Shown here piece by piece: positions 38,599-50,844 of a stretch of 64,000 nucleotides of DNA. Under the pieces are notes generated by a model. That model saw only the letters and a list, made by a program, of their open reading frames with translations. It did no database searches and was not told the origin of the DNA. The stretch is taken from positions 254,448,001 through 254,512,000 of the forward strand of contig CM126205.1 of assembly GCA_052327205.1 (NCBI GenBank), in the 5' to 3' direction. This DNA is from Somniosus microcephalus. Lineage: Eukaryota. Each line of letters begins with the position of its first letter. The stretch's first letter is position 1. The translations under genes and the position numbers were made by a program.

Positions 38599-39889
38599 AA
38601 TGTTTTTTGTGTTAATGTTAACATCTTTTGTTATCCTCAAATCTTGGGCCCTTTCTCCACGTTTAATAACTTTTAGCTCGTTTCAGCAGATTCCTATATG
38701 CCTCACAAAGCTCTCCCTCCATTTTCCTTGTAGGTCATATTATAGGTTTAATTTGTACCACTAGCTGTCTCATCATATTCAGATAGCTAGTGGGAGGTAG
38801 GTCGTAATGAGGCACTTCTTTTTAAATCTAGAACTTTAAAAGGAAGCATATCTCAAGTTCCAGTTGATAACCAAGCTTTTGAGTTTCTTTGAGCCCTAGG
38901 TTTGGGATTCAACATCATGTATGATGCTAATCCCCTTTCACCTCAATGACCTCGCCATGCACCAAATTCTATCTGCTAGATAGGTTCTTTTCTGGATGGG
39001 CCACAAAATATGACAGGTCTCTGTGACATTGTTCTTTGACTGAACAAATGAGACAATCTTTTCTCAGAGAGGGGGTTTATTAAATGTTTTTTATGTAGTC
39101 CTTCTGGAGTAGTACTAAGATTTTTGTTGGAATCCAACCCCAGGAATATTATTGCTCTGTAACAATATCTGTATAACAGTTTAAGAATGTTGCATTATTC
39201 TGTGTATTGTTGAGTTTCATACAAAGCCAGAGCATCAAGTGTATTTGACTGCATTTATCAGTCTATTGTCTTTTACTCCAAGGCATTGGATTCCCAAGTC
39301 AGTAGTATACAACAGCAATAGCAATTTGAATGTATATAGTGCTATTAACGTAGTAAATGTCCAAAGGTGCTTAACAGAGGAGAAACTAAATGGATGCTGA
39401 GCAGCAGTAGATGAATGAGAGGAGGTGGTTGAATGCATGGTCAAAAAAGACCTTGGGGAGAGAGTTCCAGAGTGTAGGTTCAAGGCTCTGCCTAGAATGG
39501 GAATGAAATTATAGGGACACAAGGATTGGTAAATTATTATATAAATCAAAAAGCGCTAAACAAATCGTTAACCACTTTACCTTTACCCTTCGTCAAGAAA
39601 CCGGCTGGGTTTTACCACCAGTCTTCATGTAGAGAAGCACTAGATGCCTAAATTTGCCTCGCCGAACTATCTTACATCAACATGTTTGGATTATACTAAC
39701 ATTTACACTATCAACCCTCTATTAGGATACATATAAGCTACAGTGAATGAATTAACCCCTTGCCAAATCATCAAAGAAGAAATCAGACCGTGAAGTCATG
39801 AATTAACAGATCTTAATTAACGCTAACAACATTAGCCAGGATTCACTAATTGTAAGTTGATATTAAGATCAATATTCAAAATGAATATA

Positions 39890-40485
39890 AGTCCCGATTT
39901 TAACCGGGACCAGAAATCGGGTGGGCAGAGTCGAGAGAAGCACCAAACCTCCCTGACCTTGGTAGCGTGAGGGCTGGCCAATTTTAATTCCCGGTTCTCA
40001 TCTGCATCCCAACAGTCAACTGTCTGCCTGAAACAAGTGGGAAGTAGCAGCTGGCTGGTTGACGGGAGCGGAATTTTTGACAGCAGGAGGCCACCAGATG
40101 GCACCAAAGGAACAGTTGCCAACAACAAGGTATGTCGCAGGTAGAGGTTTTTGTAGGGGGTTTGATGCAGTGGAGGTCTAAACTTTTCTTGTGGAACACT
40201 CTTGCTCCTCCTGGCCCCAGAGGAAAGTAAAAAAAAGTTGGCCTCTTCTGACCCCTACCCTCTTCCAGATGTCTTCACCTGCCGGGAAAGCCACAACAGC
40301 TATTCTGTTTTGGCCATGTTAAAATTGCAGTCATTATATCCTAATCTTCATATTTAAAGAAGGGCCTGCTAGCTTCAGGCAGGTGTCCTTGTCGCCTGCT
40401 CAGAAGAGTATGTTAAAAGGCAAATAAATAACCCAGATGATTTAACTGCCCGCTCGCCCGGTTTCCGATGGGTTAAAATCGCCTC
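39890..40485. mobile_element. MITE, Harbinger-like termini
   Basis: cgattttaacc...aaatcgggtgggcag versus ctgcccgctcgcccggtttcc...ggttaaaatcg. Confidence 0.6.
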
Positions 40486-42535
40486 TATGAAGTCGGCAAT
40501 CTTAGTTTATGGTTAGACATCTTATGGAACTGATAAATTAACAGCTTTAAAAATCAACAGGAAAAATAGTTTATCAATATTCAGTTGATCCAACAGAGCT
40601 TGTACAAACAACCTCCTCTTTCTGAGTCAGTGCAATAAAGTTGGCTACCTCGCCTTCCTCTGGGATGCTCTTATGGGCTTCCTGGATGTCAGAGTGGGGA
40701 ATCTCTGTCCACAGATGTAGTATCCATTCCTCTTGGATTATCCGGCTCTCCTGAGTAGATCCACCATGCATGTTGGCAGCTACATTCTGATTAGAGCCGT
40801 TAAAACTCACTCCCCTTAGTCTCGGGAAAATTTCTTGCATGTCCAAGTGACACAATTAAACTTCGCCCTGCATCTTGCTTACATCGTCCATAAGTCTCGA
40901 AACTTCTGTAATCGTGCTCTCTCGCCTCTTCGAGAAGCCCAGCCATGCATTTTTTTGTCGCCCTCCCTTTATGTCAAACATCATCTTTTATACCTTTAAT
41001 TTTCAAATAAACCATCCTTGATTTTATTGATAACCAATCTGAAGGGACACAAGTTTTGCAAGTGTTCATCCCTTTGGGTGTCAATCACTTTCAACAGGCT
41101 TCTCAAAGAATTGTGATGACCCCAGATTCAGAAAGGAGCAACAAAAACCCAGGCATGTCTGGTGGTTGGTTTACTCCCATAACTTGTCAACCTTCAGTAA
41201 CAAAAGAGCTAAACAACTCCAGATAAAAATGACATTTATTTTAGTTTCTTGACACACTAGTTCTAAATTGTGATCTTAACCACTTAGGTCTGCCAAGAAC
41301 ACTGTCAGAGTCCTTTATCTTCTTTGAGCATCCATGATTTATAATATTAGCTCTTTCCATTTCCCAGAGTTCAGCCAGGATGCTGAATACTCCATTTTGC
41401 CCTTATGGCACTTTTTCGGGCATTTTCACTGCAGAATGCACAAGAGGCCAGAGTTGGAAGCGCATAGAGCACACACTGTCATGTCAGGCTGGAGGAGGTT
41501 GGTTGCAGAGGTAAGGTGGAGTGAGGCTGTGGAAAGATTTATAAATAAGGACAAGGATATTAGTTTACTATATTGGGGTTGGGGAGCCAATGACTGCAAT
41601 TATAACTGTGGCCTAAGCAGGAAGGACTTTGTGGTTTTTCTGTTCGTTGAAGACAGCTGGAAGAGAATCTGGGGTCAGAAAAGGCACAAACGGGTACGTT
41701 ATTTTACTTTTTTGTTTACTTTTCTTGTGGGTCCAGGAGGAGCAGGAGTTCTCCACAAGGAAAGTTTAGGTCCCCTCTGCCCTTCCTGTGACAAACCTTA
41801 TTGCTGGCGTAGACTACTCAAGTGGGACTTAATATTGGCAGTGGAGTTTCGAAGAGTTGGAGTTTATGTAGTATAAATTATGATACTGATGGTGTGTTAT
41901 AATGTACCATGGCCAATTGGGTGGTGTTGAGATTACAGGATTGCTGACACTTGAAGAAAAAAAAGTGACAAATAGTGGCAAATCCCCAGCACCAGATGGT
42001 TTTCATCCCAGGGTTTGAAAGGAAGTAGGTGAGAACATTGCAGATGCCCTAACTATGATCTTACAAAGTTTTCTCGATTCAGGAACCGTTCCTTTAGATT
42101 GGAAAATTGTGCATGTCACTCTGCTACTTCAGAAAGGTGAGAGAGGAAAACCAGGGAATTATAGACCAGTTAGCCTAACATCTGTTGTCGAGAAATTAGT
42201 AGATTCTATAATTAAGGATAGAGTAACTGAACACATTGACATTTTTCAGCTGATCAGAGAGAACCAGCATGGATTTGTAAAGGATGGGTCATGCCTGACG
42301 AACCTGATTGAATTTTTTGAAGTGGTGACTAAAGTAGTAGACTGGGGAATGTCTATGAATGTTATTTATATGGACTTCCAGAAGGCATTCAATAAAGTCC
42401 CTCATAAGAGACTGTTAGCTAAAGTTGAAACTCATGGAATTGAGGACAGATTATTGACCTGGTTAGGAGATTGGCTGAGTGGCAGGAGACAGAGAGTAAG
42501 GATAATGGGCAGGTATTCCGTTTGCTCACAGCAAG

Positions 42536-43432
42536 TGCTAGCTGTGGCTCAGTTGGTAGCATTCTCGCCTCTGAGTCAGAAGGTTGTGGGTTCAAGTCCC
42601 ACTCTGGAGACTTGAACACAAAAATCCAGGCTGACACTCCAGTGCAGTATGACATAATGTACAGTTTATTACACTTTATATATTTGATAGCTTCTCAGCC
42701 AAAAAAAAGTCAATTGTCCCAGTGCAATTGAAATATCATTCACATCTACTAATATGACCAGGTTCCAGACATACTAATGTTGTTACAAAAGCAAAATACT
42801 GTGGATGCTGGAAATCTGAAATAAAAACAGAAAATGCTTGGAAATACTCAGCCGGTCAGGCAGCATCTGTAGAGAGGTCAATGACCCTTCGTCAGAACTG
42901 GAGAAAGTTAGAGATGTAACAGATTTCTAAGCAAGTGTAGGGGAAGGGATAGGGGGGAGGGGAGGAAAGAACAAAAGGGAAGATCTGTGATAGAATGGAA
43001 GGCAGGAGAGATTAAGAGACAAAAGGGATGATGGTGCAAGGCAAAAGCAGATGGTAATGGGACAAGTTAATAAACAAAAGATGGCTCTAGATGAAGTGTA
43101 AATGGCACTGGCAGAATCATCAACAGCTGCCATGTGAAAGAAGAAAAAAAGATAGGGGCAGAGGTTATGATCTGAAATTGTTGAACTCGATGTTGAGTCC
43201 AGAAAGCTGTCAAGTACCTAATGGAAAGATGAGGTGCTGTTCCACGAGCAGCTAAAACAGATCATCTGGTCATTATCACATTGCTGTTTGTGGGAACTTG
43301 CTGTGCGCAAATTGGCTGCCGTGTTTCCTCCATTCCAACAGTGACTACACTTCAAAAAGTACTTCATTGGCTGTAAAGCGCTTTGGGATGTCCGATGGTC
43401 ATGAAAGGCACTATATAAATGCAAGTCTTATT
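42536..43432 (+). mobile_element. Deu-SINE (SacSINE1-like): head 42536-42648, 3' part 43250-43432, middle replaced
   Basis: A box TGGCTCAGTTGG, B box GGTTCAAGTCC; 3' part cattgctgtttgtggga..gctgtgcgcaaattggctgc...tatataaatgcaagtc. Confidence 0.75.
42649..43249 (+). repeat. Direct copy of 46608-47223
   Basis: Colinear match including ~135 bp of non-repeat flank and the Penelope-like tail. Confidence 0.9.
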
Positions 43433-45621
43433 TATTTTACTCTAATCGGCAGGATGTGACTTGTGGCGTCCCACAGGGATCTGTGTTGGGGCCTCAACTA
43501 TTCACTGTATTTATTAACGACTAAGATGATGGGATAGAGAGACACATATCCAAGTTTGCCGTGACACAAAGATAGGCGGCATTGTAAGCAGTGTAGATGG
43601 AAACATAAAATTATAAAGAGATATTAATAGATTAAGTGAATGGACAACGCTGTGACAAATGGATTTCAATATAGACAAGTGTGAGGCCATCCACTTTAGA
43701 CCTAAAAAGGATAGATCAGTGTAATTTCTAAATGGTGAAAAGCTAGAAGCAGTGGAGGTACAAAGAGACTTAGGGGTTCGTGTAGATAGATCATTAAAAT
43801 GTCATGGACAGGTACAAAAATAATCAAAAACGCTAATGGAATGCTGGCCTTTATATCTAGAGGACTATAATACAAGGTGATAGAAGTTATGCTGCAGCTA
43901 TACAAAGTCCTGGTTAGACCACACCTGGAGTACTGTGTTCCGTTCTGGGCACCACACCTCAGGAAGGATATATTGGCCGTGGAGGGAGTGCAGCGTAGAT
44001 TAATAATACCTGGACTCCGAGGGTTAAATTATGAGGAGAGATTACACAAACTAGGGTTGTATTCCCTGGAATTTAGAAGATTAAGGGGTGATTTGATTGA
44101 AGTTTTCAAGATATTGAGGAGAACTGATAGGGTAGATAGAGAGAAACTATTTCTGCTGGTTGGTGAGTCTAGGACTAGGGAACATAGCCTAAAAGTTAGA
44201 GCCAGGCCTTTCAAGAGTGAAGTTAGGAAACACCTCTACACGCAAACATGGTAGAAGTTTGGAACTCTGTTCCGCAAACGGTAGTTGATGCTGGGTGAAT
44301 TGTTAATTTTAAATCTGAGATTGATAGCTTTTGTTAACCAAAGGTATTAAGAGATATGGGGCAAAGGCAGGTATATGGATTTGGGTCACAGATCAGCCAT
44401 GATCTCATTGAATGGCTGAACAGCCTCGAGGGCTAAATGGCCTACTCCCGTTCCTATGAGGTTTAATTTCCTCCTGTCGCACACTGGCCAATGCATTTAC
44501 ACACAATTCCTTTATTTGCTATTTTAATGGTCATTAATCTATTTATTTTAAAGAAGTTCACAGCTACAATAAAATGCAGGTTTAAGCACTTTTATGCAAA
44601 TGCAGAGCACAAAGGAATTTTGTCCAAACACATTATTCCACTATCGGAGCACTAACTTGGGGCAGTCTCAATGGTAGCCAGATAGTTGAAGTAGACTGCA
44701 GTAACAGCTCTGTAGGAGTATCTTTGTATAGAAGTTACAATTTTGGTAGCATGAATATGGTAAAAACATAAGAGTAACAAGAGTACAAGTTATACAAGTT
44801 ACATATTGAGAGGTGTGGGAATATATACTCAATGGAAAGACGCTGAAGGTTTTCAGAAAAAGCTCAGCATCCAGTTCAAAAACGTCCTTGCCAGCCTCTA
44901 TCCCAGTCTCTGTCATATCTTCATCTGTTCGCAGCCAAAAAAGGATCAAAGACTTCCCAATACAGTGGGTGAGGTGTCAATCGATTGCCATGACAAACTA
45001 GTTTACAGTCTTTGAGTAAACAACATCACCACTGTCTTATTAGTATCTTAACTACCTGTCGTTTCAGCCCCCTTTTTAAAAATATGCATGAATACACTTT
45101 CCTTTAAAATGCAAACTTTAAAGTTACTCTTTTTCCAAATTCTTTCTGTGGAAAAATGATCAAGAAAGCTTAAGACATGTCAATAGTATTGAATTACTAA
45201 AAATTAAGGTATTTGAATTAGAATATCTAAGCCAGGTTGACTGCAATTGGCCTCGGTGCACCTGGACTAATCAGCTGAAGTTCATGCTCCTGATTGCTAT
45301 CTGGACATCTGCTTGAAAGTAGGCACGCGGGGACAGTGGCAGGTTCAGGCTCAGCTCTTCTACTCGCTTGATGGAGTTGTCTGCAACCACTAATTGTCTA
45401 GGCCATTACATGAAGATCAGCTGCTTGGCCATTGGAGGTCACCTTTGCAACCATACAGAAGAGAGGGAAAAGGAGAGATAATTTGTAAAACAATATTTAA
45501 CTGGTATTTGCCAAAATAAATTATAAAATTGCAAGATTATAAATTGCATTTTAATAAGTTAATATTTTAAAAGTTGAGCTTGGTTTATAGTTGTTTCACT
45601 TTTTTCTTTTCTGTTTTGCAG

Positions 45622-45851
45622 ATGCAAAAAAGTATCTCAATTCTTCAGCTACTAAGGAAGCAAAAGCACTGGCAGTCTCTGTAACCACTGTTGAACCATA
45701 CAACTTAGCAACCACCAGTACTACTAACAGAATTTCAGATGACTCTGGAGAGGATGATGGTGCAAATGAAGGTGAAGAGGGGGATGATGATGTTGATAAT
45801 GAAGGCAGCAAAAAAGAAGAAAGAAGGGCACCAATAGAGTTGATGGGGGAG
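45622..45851 (+). CDS. ERICH2: Internal exon of glutamate-rich protein 2 (phase 1-0)
   Basis: Strong acceptor tttttcttttctgttttgcag and donor GAG|gtaaaa. Acidic tract then APIELMGE, matching my recollection of vertebrate ERICH2 (APLELMAE-FL...). Not database-verified. Confidence 0.72.
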
Positions 45852-46742
45852 GTAAAATTATAGTTTTTAAAAAAAGCATTTTTGTAGTTTTGTGTACCAG
45901 ATATGGTACATAACCTGTTGAGGTAACAACAATGATGCAGTGGTGTGGAGCAGCAGAGCACTAATGATCAAAGATATGGAATGAGGATCAACATAGTTTT
46001 AAAGCTTTAATGCAGTCGGGAGACACCATGCAGAGGTTGTTGTGTTTCCTTGCAGGTGGGAATAGAAATTAGAGGGGAGAGTCATATCAGGCAGTGTCTA
46101 GTGCACAAACATACTTGGTTAGCGGACCAAATTCAGCTGGTGAGAAAGCCCTGGAAGATGGTGTGTGCATTTTAGGTCTTGAGCTAGGATGCTGGTACTC
46201 CTGCTTAATATTTTTCCTACATCTAACTTGCACATCCTATATGAATCATGCAGTTCCTGTGATATGGATAATCTTTCCTCGCAAGGCAGTTGGGCAGTAT
46301 CATTTGGTTTATGGATGCTGCTCAATGTTGGAATGTGGTGGTGAACATCCTTTCTGATGTTGAAAATTTGAGATGACAGGTTGCAGATGCCCTTTTTGAA
46401 TACCAGCAAAGCCAGCAAGCTATGAAGGACTTCCCTGGTCTGATTTGTAAGGCTAATGCCTGTGTTTCAAGCTCTGTCAAAGCTTTCTTTTGGTATTAGG
46501 AGATCTTCCCAAATTGCTTCTTTTAACTAGAACTTACCGTAACTGAAGGAAATAACAAACCAGTTTTAACAGAACATCCATCAGTATTCCTCTCAACTGA
46601 ATGAAGCATGACATAACGTACAGTTTGTTACACCTTATATATTTGATAGTTTCTCAGCCAAAAAAAGTCAATTGTCCCAGTGCATTTGAAATATCATTCA
46701 CATCTACTAATATGACCAGGTTCCAGACATATTAATGTTGTT

Positions 46743-47475
46743 ACAAAAACAAAATACTGTGGATGCTGGAAATCTGAAATAAAAACAAAATGCTGGAAAT
46801 ACTCAGCAGGTCAGGCAGCATCTGTAGAGAGAGAAACAGAGTTAGCGTTTCAGGTCGATGACCCTTCGTCAGAACTGGAGAAAGTTAAAAATGTAACAGA
46901 TTTCTAAGCAAGTGTAGGGGCAGGGATAGGGAGGAGGGGAGGAAAGAACAAAAGGGAAGATCTGTGATAGGATGGAAGGCAGGAGAGATTAAGAGACAAA
47001 AGGGATGATGGTGCAAGGCAAAAGCAGATGGTAATGGGACAAGTTAATAAACAAAAGATGACTCTAGATGAAGTGTAAATGGCACTGGCAGAATCATCAA
47101 CAGCTGCCATGTGAAAGAAGAAAAAATAGGGGCCGAGGCTATAGTCTGAAATTGTTGAACTCGATGTTGAGCCCAGAAGGCTGTAAAGTGCCTAATCGAA
47201 AGCTGAGGTGCTGTTCCTCGAGCTTAGGTTGAGCTTCGTTGGAACAGTGTAAGAGGCCAAGATGGAGAGATCAGAGAATTAAAGTGACAGGCGACCGGAA
47301 GCTCGGGGTCACGCTTATGGACTGAAGGTAGGTGTTCCGAAAAGCGGTCACCCAACCTGTGTTTGGTCTCCCCAATGTAGAGGAGACCGCATCGTGAGCA
47401 ATGAATACAGTATGCTAAATTGCAAGAAGTACAAGTAAATCGCTGTTTCACCTGGAAGGAGTGTTTGGGGCCCTG
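46743..47475 (-). mobile_element. Penelope-like element 3' fragment (GIY-YIG endonuclease plus tail)
   Basis: FTCTSCNLAYCIHCSRCGLLYIGETKHRLGDRFSEH...PVACHFN. Confidence 0.88.
46839..46876 (-). ncRNA. Putative degenerate minimal hammerhead ribozyme motif of the Penelope-like element
   Basis: Minus strand AGTT-CTGACGA-AGGGTC ATC GACCT-GAAAC-GCT-AACT: core boxes, stem II and a short stem I. Confidence 0.5.
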
Positions 47476-48197
47476 ACCATAAAAATTTGATTGGCAAGAT
47501 TGTCTATTATAATTGACCTCCAATAAAAGATCACCTGCTGAATGTGTCCCAGGCTCTACATGTAATTAACTATCACACAGAACCATGGCTGAGACCAGGA
47601 GCGCAACATGTGGGTTATGCCAAGCGCAACTCAACATAATGCCACTCTGATATAATGCAACTGGGCTCCAATATGCAGTGCCACCTACCAGCTGATTAAA
47701 TGTACTGCCTACAGTTAATGTATCTTATAACTGACTTTCCTTTTCTCACCGAGAAATTTCTGGAACTGCTGCATGCAAACATTCATTCAGTTATGCTGTC
47801 CTCTCATCTCCACCAGCTGCAGTGCTCACAAACATTGTTTTATGACTGCATGCATCCCGATATGAGTGGAATAGTGACATTCTGCTATTCTAACAGCACA
47901 GCAGTGGGGTGGATCATGCTGCCACTCATGCTGATTTGCTCTGGATTTCAAACATAAATCATCTCTACTGGAAGAATTATGCCATCCTCCAAATTCTGAC
48001 ATAGGCAGATTCTGTAAATTCAGTAATGGACAACAGAAGTATTGTCCCAATATAGTGGAGAAAATACTGGCATCTTATATAATATGGAAACAATTTGTCT
48101 TTATTCAGTCAACTATTAAGTTCTAAAAATCTGCATTTATAAGCACCACCCAGGGTTGCTTCATACAAACTAGATATTGGACAAGCAGTCTGACAGC

Positions 48198-48470
48198 ACA
48201 GTGATTGGCAAAAGAACCAGATGCGACATGAGGAAAAACTTTTTTACGCAACAAGTGATTAAAATTTGGAATGCACTGCCTAATAGGGTGATGAATACTG
48301 ATTCAGTATTAGCCTTCAAAAGGGAATTGGATAAATACTTGAAGGAGAAAAAATTGCAGAGATATGGGAAAAGGACGGGAGAGTGGGTCTAACTGGATTG
48401 CTCTTGAAAGAGCTGGCGCTGACACAATCGGCTGAATGGCCTCCTTCTGTGCTGTACCAGTCTATGATGT
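48198..48470 (+). mobile_element. CR1 3' fragment
   Basis: RKNFFTQQVIKIWNALP..FKRELDKYL; same family as 5137-5407. Confidence 0.8.
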
Positions 48471-48518
48471 TTTGACTCTGTGATCTGTCGAATAAGGAAT
48501 CACCTGTTTTGAGAGAAT

Positions 48519-49363
48519 GGGGTAGATTTTGCCGAAACTGTTGGGAAGAAGGCGGGACTTCCCCTTTCGGGTTTTTGACCCGCCTACTTCGACGTCCGGC
48601 CAATCCACGCGATTTTCCCTTGATTGACCTTGTTGAGCCCGCCCAGCGGGCTCAGCAGGCCAATTAAGGGCCACCCGGCAACAGATGCCGTCACAGACTG
48701 CAATTTCATCTGTCAAGAGTTCTTGACAGATGAAATATCAGTGTCTCACAGCTGTTTGAAGCTGTGAAACACTGACACTCTGAGTTCTGACATGAGTCAT
48801 TCTGCACAGACTCAGTTAGAACTCTTACCGGCACTCAAAGCTGAAGGTTGTCACTTTTGACAGATCGCAGCCGTTCAGCTTTAAGTGCCGGGTGAGTGAT
48901 GCAGCTCCCGACGGCTACAGGAAGAAAGGCTGTTAAGGTAAGTACAGGTAAGTAAAAGTTCTTTACACACTTTAGACACACCAAACACACTTACCTTTAC
49001 ACTCATGCACCCATCACCCTCCTGAGCGCCGACATCGCGACCCCTCCAACTCCTTCAACCCGACGGCCCGCCGCTCCAACCTGGCGTGGTTTGGAGCCGT
49101 CGGGAAACCCACACGAAACCCCTCAAAATAGGGATTAGGCTAAAAACTGCCTGTTAACTACCTGTTAACAGACAGTTAATTGGCACTAATCCCTTCCCGC
49201 CTGGTTTCGGCGGGTCCCAGTGCGGGGCGGGTACCCGCCGCCCCTGAAACTTACGTGGGGCGAGGTTTTGGGCGGGATGGTGTCGGGAACCCTGAATTTG
49301 GGATTTCCCCCCCCCCCCCACACGCCTGAAACCCCGCCTGATGGCTCCCCGAAAATCTAGCCC
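48519..49363. mobile_element. Harbinger-like MITE with an internal hairpin array
   Basis: ggggtagatttt / aaaatctagccc termini; related to 5408-6278. Confidence 0.75.
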
Positions 49364-50844
49364 TAATGTTTCCTGACAGAACAGGTGGTTTGAAATAACA
49401 GGTGCTACTGTGTTATTATTTTTGTTGCAAATGTTTTATTAAAGTTGAAGTAATTAAGAATTTGAAAATGATTCTGATCAGAACAGGACATGAGTATACG
49501 TGGTGCTCAGTGAGGTTTACAAGCAATGCAGGAGATGGCTGTCGGTGTAGGGACCGGGTGCTAGGGTTTAGATGATCAGCCATGATCTCGTTGAATGGCG
49601 GAGCAGGCTCGAAGGGCCGAATGGCCTACTCCTGCTCCTATCTTCTATGTTTCTATGTTTCTATGAGACTCTTGTGTGCAACATCACAACAATTACTGGG
49701 GTACTCAACTGCAAATTACAAAGAACAGCTGCACATCTTCTTCAACTTGGACAGTTGATTCCATGGCATAACCCATTGTATGTGTAGACCTGCATTCAGA
49801 GATTTAAGATTGTTCTACTTAGGAGAGTACCCTACTTTTTTAGTGGGTTGGGGAATCTATTTACTGCAATTGTTAACTATTTATTAAATCACTGCAGATT
49901 TAATATTAATACTATGATTGTTGCAGCATTGTAACCCCCTGATATATTCATTGGGAATGTTGATTTTAGAATTTTATATGTCCTCCGTTTGTCATTGCAC
50001 AAAGATGCTGGCTACTAGTTACTAATAAATTGTGCGGGTGGTGCTGGTTGCACACCTGAGTGATGATAATGAGCATGAATATTAAATGCTGCTTGGGACA
50101 ATATGAACAGGCGCGTGCAATGCACGCCCCGCCCCCTGTGTGCCTGTTTTCGTGCGTGATTGAATTTCTAGGCCATTATCTGCTGTTTGTTTGATTAACT
50201 GTCACTATAAGTTAAAATTGTGGAAATCCTTTAGCTGTGCAGTTAGATAATTGGATATTGTTTTTTAATTACTTGCAGTTCAATACATGGGATAGAGAAT
50301 CTAATGAAATTGATGAAGTTAAAGGTGTGAATATACCTGGCTTAATGCTATCTCTGTACTAGTTTTCATATTCAACTTTGCTTTATGGCACCAGCCACCA
50401 TGCTATCCAACCCCCATTCTAATCCTGAATTAGTCTCTGGCCCAGATTTGTCCGTCATCCCTGCTATTTCCCCTCTCGGGCTAGTTGCATGGCTCAGGTG
50501 CATTCATAATTCAAGAAAGTGCCCAGTACTGCCCATCAAAAGGTGTTATGAGATATCAAAGCAGTGCAGTAGGGGCAGCAACCTGACACTTCCTCACTGG
50601 CCGCGATCTTGCCAACCGGGGTTGTCGGGCTACGAGCCCGCTGCCAGCTACATCCCGCCTAGAAAAAATATTTTCCGTTAATGGGCCTTGTTAAGCCCGC
50701 CCTTTGCGTTCCCTGACCCTATTGCAAGGTGCCGGTCAGGTGACGCTTCTTTTGCCGGTATACTTAATGGGCTCATGGCCCCACTTCATTTCATTTGCTC
50801 CATTTAAAGCGTGCATTACAGATATACCTTGTTCTGTTCCAAGA

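Larger units (their letters stand above)
41965..44458 (+). mobile_element. CR1 LINE (41965-42520, 43441-44458) interrupted by a SINE
   Basis: NYRPVSLTS, MDFQKAFNKVPH, LYKVLVRPHLEY; CR1 3' tail. Confidence 0.9.

Noticed and set aside
50279-50325. Candidate next ERICH2 exon after ttgcag
   Set aside because: Translation FNTWDRESNEIDEVK does not resemble the expected conserved segment, and the donor is weak.
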